In this document: piece by piece, positions 58,233 through 64,000 of the stretch
Numbering within the stretch: position 1 is the first letter of the stretch
How the letters are laid out: every line of letters starts with the position of its first letter
Source: Bacilli bacterium
GTDB lineage: Bacteria; Bacillota_I; Bacilli_A; RFN20; DUOF01
Length of the DNA stretch: 64,000 bases
NCBI GenBank assembly: GCA_045128835.1
Contig: JBGVRX010000029.1
Location: forward strand, 51,583 to 115,582
Direction: 5' to 3'
Made by a program: the position numbers and the translations under genes
Notes under the pieces: generated by a model
The model's input: only the letters and a program-made list of their open reading frames with translations
What the model was told of the DNA's origin: nothing
Databases searched by the model: none

Positions 58233-60103
58233 TGGGCAAATTAAATAATCTCCAAGATTTAAAAAACAAAATTGAAGAATGTAAAAACAAACCAAGCGTT
58301 ACAGAAAGAATATTAACATTTTGTTGCTCTAGTGGTTGCGTTGCAAATAAATCACTAGATGTTAAAGCCATTTTCGATAATTTGATTAACGAAAATAATT
58401 TATCAGATAAAATACAAACAAAAACAGTTGGATGTTTTGGATTCTGTTCACAAGGACCTTTCGTTAAGGTTTACCCTGACAACGTTACTTACAAACTTGT
58501 AAAAGAAAACGATGTAAAAGAAATATTTGAAACTCATTTATTAAACAACACAATCGTTGAAAGACTAGTATTTAAAAACAACGAAGGAAAAGTAGAAACA
58601 AATCACAACAATCTAGAATTCTTCCAAAAGCAAAAAAGAATTGCTTTACACGGATGTGGAGAAATCAACCCTAATGATATTGAAGACGCATTCAAAGTTG
58701 GTGGTTATAGTGCATTCGCTAGATGTTTAGAAAAACTATCACCACTTCAAGTTATTGAAGAAGTTAAAGATAGCGGATTAAGAGGAAGAGGTGGAGGAGG
58801 CTTCCCTACTGGAAGAAAATGGGAAGCAGCTTACAATCAACAAAGCGAAATCAAATACGTAATTTGTAACGGAGATGAAGGTGACCCAGGAGCATTCATG
58901 GATCGTTCTATTCTTGAAAGTAATCCTCATTCAGTTGTAGAAGGAATGTTAATTGCAGGATACGCTATTGGTGCTTGTAAAGGATTCATTTATGTAAGAG
59001 CTGAATACCCTTTGGCGGTTGAAAGTTTCTCTAAAGCAGTAGAAAGTGCTAGAGAATATGGAATTCTTGGAAATAATATATTAGGAACCAACTTCTGTTT
59101 TGATATTGAAGTAAGATTAGGCGCTGGAGCTTTTGTGTGTGGCGAAGAAACAGCACTTATCGGTTCAATTGAAGGAAAAAGAGGAATGCCAACAGCTAAA
59201 CCTCCTTATCCTGCTCAAAAAGGATTGTGGGGAAAACCTACAATAATTAATAACGTCGAAACATTTGCTAACTTGCCATTCATTTTAAAAGATGGTGGAG
59301 TTGCTAAATTCAAAGAAATAGGAACAGAAAAATCAAAAGGTACAAAAGTATTTGCTCTTGCTGGTAAAGTAAAAAACATCGGACTAGTAGAAGTTCCAAT
59401 GGGTACAACATTAAGAGAACTTATTTACGATATAGGTGGAGGAATTGCTAATGATAAAGAATTCAAAGCAATTCAAACTGGCGGTCCTAGCGGAGGATGC
59501 TTAACTAAAGATGATTTAGATACACCAATCGACTTTGATAACTTATTAGCTAAAGGTTCAATGATGGGTAGTGGTGGAGCTATCGTCATGGATGAAGACA
59601 ACTGTATGATAGATGTCGCTAAGTTCTATTTGAACTTCATTTGTGAAGAATCTTGTGGTAAATGTTCTCCTTGTAGAATAGGAACAACAAGAATGCTAGA
59701 AATTTTAGAAAAGATTAGCGATGGTAAAGGCGAAGAAAAAGATTTAGAAGAATTAGAAAGCCTAGCAAACTATATAAAGAAAGCTTCATTATGTGGATTA
59801 GGCCAAAGTGCACCTAACCCAGTTCTATCTACATTATCTAAATTTAGAGATGAATATTTAGAGCACATTAGAGAACACAAATGTCGCGCTAAAGTATGTA
59901 AAGGAATGCTAGGATATTCAATTGATCCAGAAAAATGTAAAAAGTGCGGATTATGTTCTCGTTCTTGTCCAGTTGGAGCAATAAGTGGCGTTCCTGGAAA
60001 AGAGCCATTCAAAATCGATCGTAATAAATGTATAAAATGTGGACTATGTATGAACAGTTGTCCATTTAAATCAATAGACAAAACAAGTGGAGGTGAAAAT
60101 TAA
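58232..60103 (+). CDS. NuoF-like NADH-binding flavoprotein subunit of the [FeFe]-hydrogenase (HydB/HndC).
   Basis: FMN/NADH motifs GRGGGGFPTGRKWE. A SLBB/4Fe-4S region. C-terminal 2x[4Fe-4S] CKKCGLCSRSCP...CIKCGLCMNSCP. Confidence 0.85.
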   Translation: MGKLNNLQDLKNKIEECKNKPSVTERILTFCCSSGCVANKSLDVKAIFDNLINENNLSDKIQTKTVGCFGFCSQGPFVKVYPDNVTYKLVKENDVKEIFETHLLNNTIVERLVFKNNEGKVETNHNNLEFFQKQKRIALHGCGEINPNDIEDAFKVGGYSAFARCLEKLSPLQVIEEVKDSGLRGRGGGGFPTGRKWEAAYNQQSEIKYVICNGDEGDPGAFMDRSILESNPHSVVEGMLIAGYAIGACKGFIYVRAEYPLAVESFSKAVESAREYGILGNNILGTNFCFDIEVRLGAGAFVCGEETALIGSIEGKRGMPTAKPPYPAQKGLWGKPTIINNVETFANLPFILKDGGVAKFKEIGTEKSKGTKVFALAGKVKNIGLVEVPMGTTLRELIYDIGGGIANDKEFKAIQTGGPSGGCLTKDDLDTPIDFDNLLAKGSMMGSGGAIVMDEDNCMIDVAKFYLNFICEESCGKCSPCRIGTTRMLEILEKISDGKGEEKDLEELESLANYIKKASLCGLGQSAPNPVLSTLSKFRDEYLEHIREHKCRAKVCKGMLGYSIDPEKCKKCGLCSRSCPVGAISGVPGKEPFKIDRNKCIKCGLCMNSCPFKSIDKTSGGEN

Positions 60104-60104
60104 G

Positions 60105-61838
60105 ATGGTTAACATTAAAATTGATAATAAAGAATATTCTTTTGAAGAAGGACTAACAATCTTAGAAGCATGTAGAAAAGCAAATATCGATATACCTACA
60201 CTTTGTTATTACAAAGATTTAGTAGAATCTGGAAACTGCCGTGTTTGTCTTGTGGAAGTAAAAGGAAATAGAAATTTCGTAACTGCTTGCAACTATAAGA
60301 TTTACGAAGGAATGAAAGTTTTAACTAATACATTAGATGTAATTGAAGCAAGAAAGAAATCGCTAGAATTAATAATTTCTAACCATTCTATGGAATGTTT
60401 AAATTGTAGTGCAAACAATAACTGTGAATTACAATCCCTAACAAAAAAATTAAATGTTCAAGAAAGATATTATGGAAAGAAAACAGAAACTTTCAAAGAT
60501 GAATTATCAGGGATAATTTGTAGAGATACATCAAAATGTATTTTGTGTGGTAGATGTATTGAAATGTGTAAAAAAACACAAGGAATTGGTATTTTAAACT
60601 TTGAAAACAGAGGGTTAAATACAATTCTTGCTCCTGTTGCTAATAAATCATTTAAAGATGTACCTTGTACATATTGTGGTCAATGCACTAAAGTTTGCCC
60701 TACTGGAGCATTAACTGTGAAAGAAAATATTAGAGACTTATTATTGGCTATTAAAGAAGGAAAACATATTGTTGCCCAAACAGCTCCAGCAGTAAGAGCG
60801 GGCCTTGGCGAAGAATTTGGTTACCCTATCGGAACTAACGTTGAAGGAAAAATGGTAGCTGCTTTAAGAAAAATCGGATGTCATAAAGTATATGACGTTA
60901 ACTTTGGTGCGGATTTAACTATCATGGAAGAATCAAATGAATTTATTGAAAGATTTACAAAAAAAGAAAATTTACCATTGATAACTTCTTGTTGTCCAGG
61001 ATGGGTTAGATATGCAGAAACTTATTACCCAGAATTATTAAACCACTTATCAAGTTGCAAATCTCCACACATGATGGAAGGCGCTTTAATTAAATCTTAT
61101 TATGCTGAAAAGAATAACATTGACCCTAAAGACATAGTAGTCGTTTCAATTATGCCTTGTAGTGCTAAAAAAGAAGAAAAAGACCGTAATGATGATGTAG
61201 ATATCGTACTAACTACAGTTGAATTAGCAGATGTTATTAAGTTGTTCGGAATTTCTTTCACTAACTTAGAAGATGAAAAATTCGATACAGACTTATTAGG
61301 CGACTTCTCTGGTGCTGCAGTTATATTTGGAACAAGCGGAGGAGTTATGGAAGCAGCTTTAAGAACTGCATATCACACTCTAACAAACAACGAATATGAT
61401 TCAATTAAATTTGAAACAGTTCGTGGAATGAACGGTATTAAAGATGCTAGTTTAGAAATAAACGGAAACAAAATAAATGTCGCAGTAGTTCACTCTTTAT
61501 CTAACGCTAAAGTATTACTAGAGCAAATTAAAGAAGGAACTTGTAAATACGACTTTATTGAAGTAATGGCCTGCCCTCTTGGATGTATAAATGGTGCAGG
61601 GCAACCTAAAATAACTTCAAATCATTTAGATATAACTCAAAAAGATAATGTATTATTCAATACATATAAAAGAGCTAACGCTTTATATAAAGAGGACGAT
61701 AACTTACCAATAAGACAATCTCATAACAATCCTCAAATACAACAATTATATAAAGATTATTTAGAAAAGCCTGGTTCTCATAAGGCACATAAGTTATTAC
61801 ACACAACTTACAGCGAAAAAGAAAGAAAAGTAAAATAA
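60105..61838 (+). CDS. hydA: [FeFe]-hydrogenase catalytic subunit.
   Basis: N-terminal 2Fe-2S/4Fe-4S domains. H-cluster motifs TSCCPGW, MPCSAKKEE and EVMACPLGCINGAGQP. The start is the ATG after the GGAGGTG RBS. Confidence 0.9.
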   Translation: MVNIKIDNKEYSFEEGLTILEACRKANIDIPTLCYYKDLVESGNCRVCLVEVKGNRNFVTACNYKIYEGMKVLTNTLDVIEARKKSLELIISNHSMECLNCSANNNCELQSLTKKLNVQERYYGKKTETFKDELSGIICRDTSKCILCGRCIEMCKKTQGIGILNFENRGLNTILAPVANKSFKDVPCTYCGQCTKVCPTGALTVKENIRDLLLAIKEGKHIVAQTAPAVRAGLGEEFGYPIGTNVEGKMVAALRKIGCHKVYDVNFGADLTIMEESNEFIERFTKKENLPLITSCCPGWVRYAETYYPELLNHLSSCKSPHMMEGALIKSYYAEKNNIDPKDIVVVSIMPCSAKKEEKDRNDDVDIVLTTVELADVIKLFGISFTNLEDEKFDTDLLGDFSGAAVIFGTSGGVMEAALRTAYHTLTNNEYDSIKFETVRGMNGIKDASLEINGNKINVAVVHSLSNAKVLLEQIKEGTCKYDFIEVMACPLGCINGAGQPKITSNHLDITQKDNVLFNTYKRANALYKEDDNLPIRQSHNNPQIQQLYKDYLEKPGSHKAHKLLHTTYSEKERKVK

Positions 61839-61854
61839 CAACTAAAAAGGCATA

Positions 61855-62436
61855 TCAATCGATGTGCCTTTCTTTTACACAAATACACCATTTACCTAAT
61901 GGAGTATCCATAAATTTCATAACCTCTTCTTCGCTTAGTATAGTTTTGTCTTTCATTAAAGGATCACAAACAACAAATTTGTTATCACAATATTTTTCTA
62001 ACACAATAGCATGCAAATAATCATCAACTTTACCTGCTAAAATAATTTTATAATCTTCACTAATCTTTCCAGTCAAAAATGAGATATCTATATCTATACC
62101 ATTACTGATTTTAGCACCTTTTTCTTCACAATACTTACACCACAAATTATATTCTTCCATTAATTCATTAAATGATTCTTCATTAAGATATCCATCATTT
62201 TTAAAAATGTGTTCTTCAGAGTGAACTAATTCACAATATAAATTTTCTTTAGACAAATACCAACACGCCGCAGAAAACGGAGTACCTTCCATATATTTGG
62301 ATTCCAATTTTTTAAACAATTTGCTTTCATTATATTTAATTGCCCTAGGTATAATTTCATAATACTCTAAAAGCATAAGCATACAGCAAATAACGCAAGT
62401 AGAGCCATGTTGTTTATACGGGGTTATTTCTCTCAT
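61855..62436 (-). CDS. Peptidase C39-like (papain-fold) domain protein.
   Basis: Candidate catalytic Cys in KQHGSTCVICCMLMLL. Candidate His in LHAIVLEKY...VVCDPL. 193 aa. Confidence 0.4.
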   Translation of the reverse strand: MREITPYKQHGSTCVICCMLMLLEYYEIIPRAIKYNESKLFKKLESKYMEGTPFSAACWYLSKENLYCELVHSEEHIFKNDGYLNEESFNELMEEYNLWCKYCEEKGAKISNGIDIDISFLTGKISEDYKIILAGKVDDYLHAIVLEKYCDNKFVVCDPLMKDKTILSEEEVMKFMDTPLGKWCICVKERHID

Positions 62437-63404
62437 TATAAACTTTGGGCTACACTTAATATAGCCATTTTATAAACTTCTTCTTCATTACATCCTCTAC
62501 TTAAATCATTAACAGGCATTCTAACCCCTTGAAGAATAGGGCCTAGAGCCTCATATCCACCTAATCTTTGAGCAATCTTGTATCCAATATTTCCAGATTG
62601 TAAATCAGGGAAAATAAATACAGTTGCTTTACCTGCTACTGGAGAGTTTGGAGCTTTTTTAGCACCTGTTGAAGCATCATATGCTGCATCAAATTGAAGT
62701 TCTCCATCATAAGCAAAATCCACGTTTTTATCTTTCATTAATTCTACTGCTGTTTGAACTTTAGTAACTTCATCACTTTTAGCACTTCCCTTTGTAGAAA
62801 AAGACAAGAACGCAACACGAGGATCTACATCAAATAATCTTCCTGTTTCTACACTTGAAATTGCTATATCACATAATTGTTCACTTGTTGGATTAACATT
62901 AACACCACAATCACCGAAAATAAGTGTTGGACTATCTTCTTTTAACAAAGCAAAACAAGATGAAACAATATTACATCCTGGCTTTGTTTTTATAATTTGT
63001 AAAGCTGGTCTTATTGTGTCAGCAGTAGAGTAAGTAGCACCACCTAAAGCAGCATCTGCTATACCATTATATAAAAGCATAATTGCATAATAGTTTCTTC
63101 CAGTTAATAATTTTTTACAATCTTCTAAAGTGTTTTTTCCTTTTCTCAACTCAAACATTTTATTAACGTTTTCTTCAAACTTTTCATCTTCGATTGGATT
63201 TAAAATCTCAATTCCTTCTATATTAATATTATTTAATCCTGCTAATTCTTTTATTTTTGTTTTATCCCCTAACAATAAAGGTTTACATAAATTTTCTTTT
63301 TTTAATCTACTAGCAGCACCTAATATTCTAATATCATCACCTTCAGGCAAAACTAAAACCTTATTCTTACCTTCTATTCTTTTTTTCATTTCATCAATTA
63401 TCAT
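62436..63404 (-). CDS. pta: Phosphate acetyltransferase.
   Basis: VLVLPEGDDIRILGAA...GDCGVNVNP...SGNIGYKIAQRLGG motifs. The start is trimmed to MIIDEMKK. Confidence 0.85.
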   Translation of the reverse strand: MIIDEMKKRIEGKNKVLVLPEGDDIRILGAASRLKKENLCKPLLLGDKTKIKELAGLNNINIEGIEILNPIEDEKFEENVNKMFELRKGKNTLEDCKKLLTGRNYYAIMLLYNGIADAALGGATYSTADTIRPALQIIKTKPGCNIVSSCFALLKEDSPTLIFGDCGVNVNPTSEQLCDIAISSVETGRLFDVDPRVAFLSFSTKGSAKSDEVTKVQTAVELMKDKNVDFAYDGELQFDAAYDASTGAKKAPNSPVAGKATVFIFPDLQSGNIGYKIAQRLGGYEALGPILQGVRMPVNDLSRGCNEEEVYKMAILSVAQSL

Positions 63405-63443
63405 ATACTCATCTCTCCTCAACATTTAATATATCACAACAAA

Positions 63444-63470
63444 ATAAAAAAAGGGCTTTTTATAGCCCTT
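63444..63470 (-). terminator. Rho-independent terminator downstream of the partial gene at 63475-64000.
   Basis: AAGGGCT-TTTTAT-AGCCCTT hairpin preceded on the plus strand by AAAAAAA. Confidence 0.5.
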
Positions 63471-63474
63471 ATTT

Positions 63475-64000
63475 TTAACCTAATAAAGCATTGAATGCTT
63501 CAGACCAAGTTTTTCCTGTTGGTTTTGCAATTTCTTTAACTGTTCCTCCAGTTAATGCCTCTACAACTTTATTGGCGATAGTTTGAGCATTTACTTCACC
63601 TAGGAAATCACTGCTTTCTATAGCACCTAAAGTTTGACCAATCTTTTGGATTTTAACTTCTTTATCTGTTGCGATATTTTCAACACTGTACTTAGATATT
63701 TCATTAATATTTGCACTAATTACTGATAATCCTTCTATTTCATCAGACCAAGAAATATTTACATAACCATTAACTTCATCACTTCTATTTACTGCAACTC
63801 CTGTATATCCAGATTTTGAAATTTCACCATCAATAGTATCTAATACGCTATCAACAGTATTTAAATATTTAGCAGCAAAGATTTTACTATATTTCATAGC
63901 ATCTAATAAATTAGATACGTATGCTTTTGTTGAAGCAGATAGTGTTCCAATATCATCACCCAAGTTACTAACTACGCTAGTATCTTTAGCAAAAGAAATT
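63475..64000 (-). CDS. Hypothetical protein. Only the C-terminal part is in the window.
   Basis: The reading frame stays open upstream of the TTG chosen by the ORF track, through to the window end. No recognisable motif. Confidence 0.35.
   Translation of the reverse strand, partial: ISFAKDTSVVSNLGDDIGTLSASTKAYVSNLLDAMKYSKIFAAKYLNTVDSVLDTIDGEISKSGYTGVAVNRSDEVNGYVNISWSDEIEGLSVISANINEISKYSVENIATDKEVKIQKIGQTLGAIESSDFLGEVNAQTIANKVVEALTGGTVKEIAKPTGKTWSEAFNALLG

Overview
The window is an AT-rich (GC roughly 27-30% by eye), standard-genetic-code stretch from a low-GC Firmicutes/Tenericutes-like anaerobe. Long genes such as rpoC and rpoB show no TGA interruptions.

The core content is conserved housekeeping and energy metabolism:
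- **Ribosomal/transcription cluster:** sigH-like, rpmG, secE, nusG, rplK, rplA, rplJ, rplL, then rpoB and rpoC.
- **Other housekeeping:** tmk, an rsmC-like methyltransferase, metK with a SAM-I riboswitch, hpf, trxA, glgA and pta.
- **Anaerobic glycerol module:** glpK, a GlpA-like glycerol-3-phosphate dehydrogenase, its partner oxidoreductase and a DUF1667 protein.
- **Energy conservation:** a full rnfCDGEA(B) operon with an EetA/EetB/ApbE-like flavinylation module beside it, and a trimeric [FeFe]-hydrogenase (NuoE-like, NuoF-like, HydA).

Accessory content is mostly envelope and unknown-function genes:
- **LemA locus:** LemA plus two tandem paralogous membrane proteins.
- **Protease/membrane:** two CPBP proteases and a DUF2207 protein with a glycine-rich tail.
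- **Surface proteins:** a secreted protein with five tandem Ig-like repeats and lipoproteins, one of which interrupts the nusG-rplK junction.

The most unusual feature is a tightly coupled minus-strand operon at about 1-9277. It runs coaE, a J-domain-less DnaJ-like zinc-finger/CTD protein, a 1159-aa Upf1/DNA2-like SF1B helicase with an unknown N-terminal region and a large coiled-coil insertion, a 328-aa orphan protein, a membrane-anchored pseudo-J protein whose HPD motif is degenerate, and a signal-peptide protein. Two further orphan genes sit at 9365-12135. The whole block looks compositionally extreme (GC judged by eye, not computed). I consider it a candidate undescribed helicase/pseudo-co-chaperone system, possibly for defence or nucleic-acid surveillance.

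I found no CRISPR arrays, tRNAs, rRNAs, integrases or transposases.
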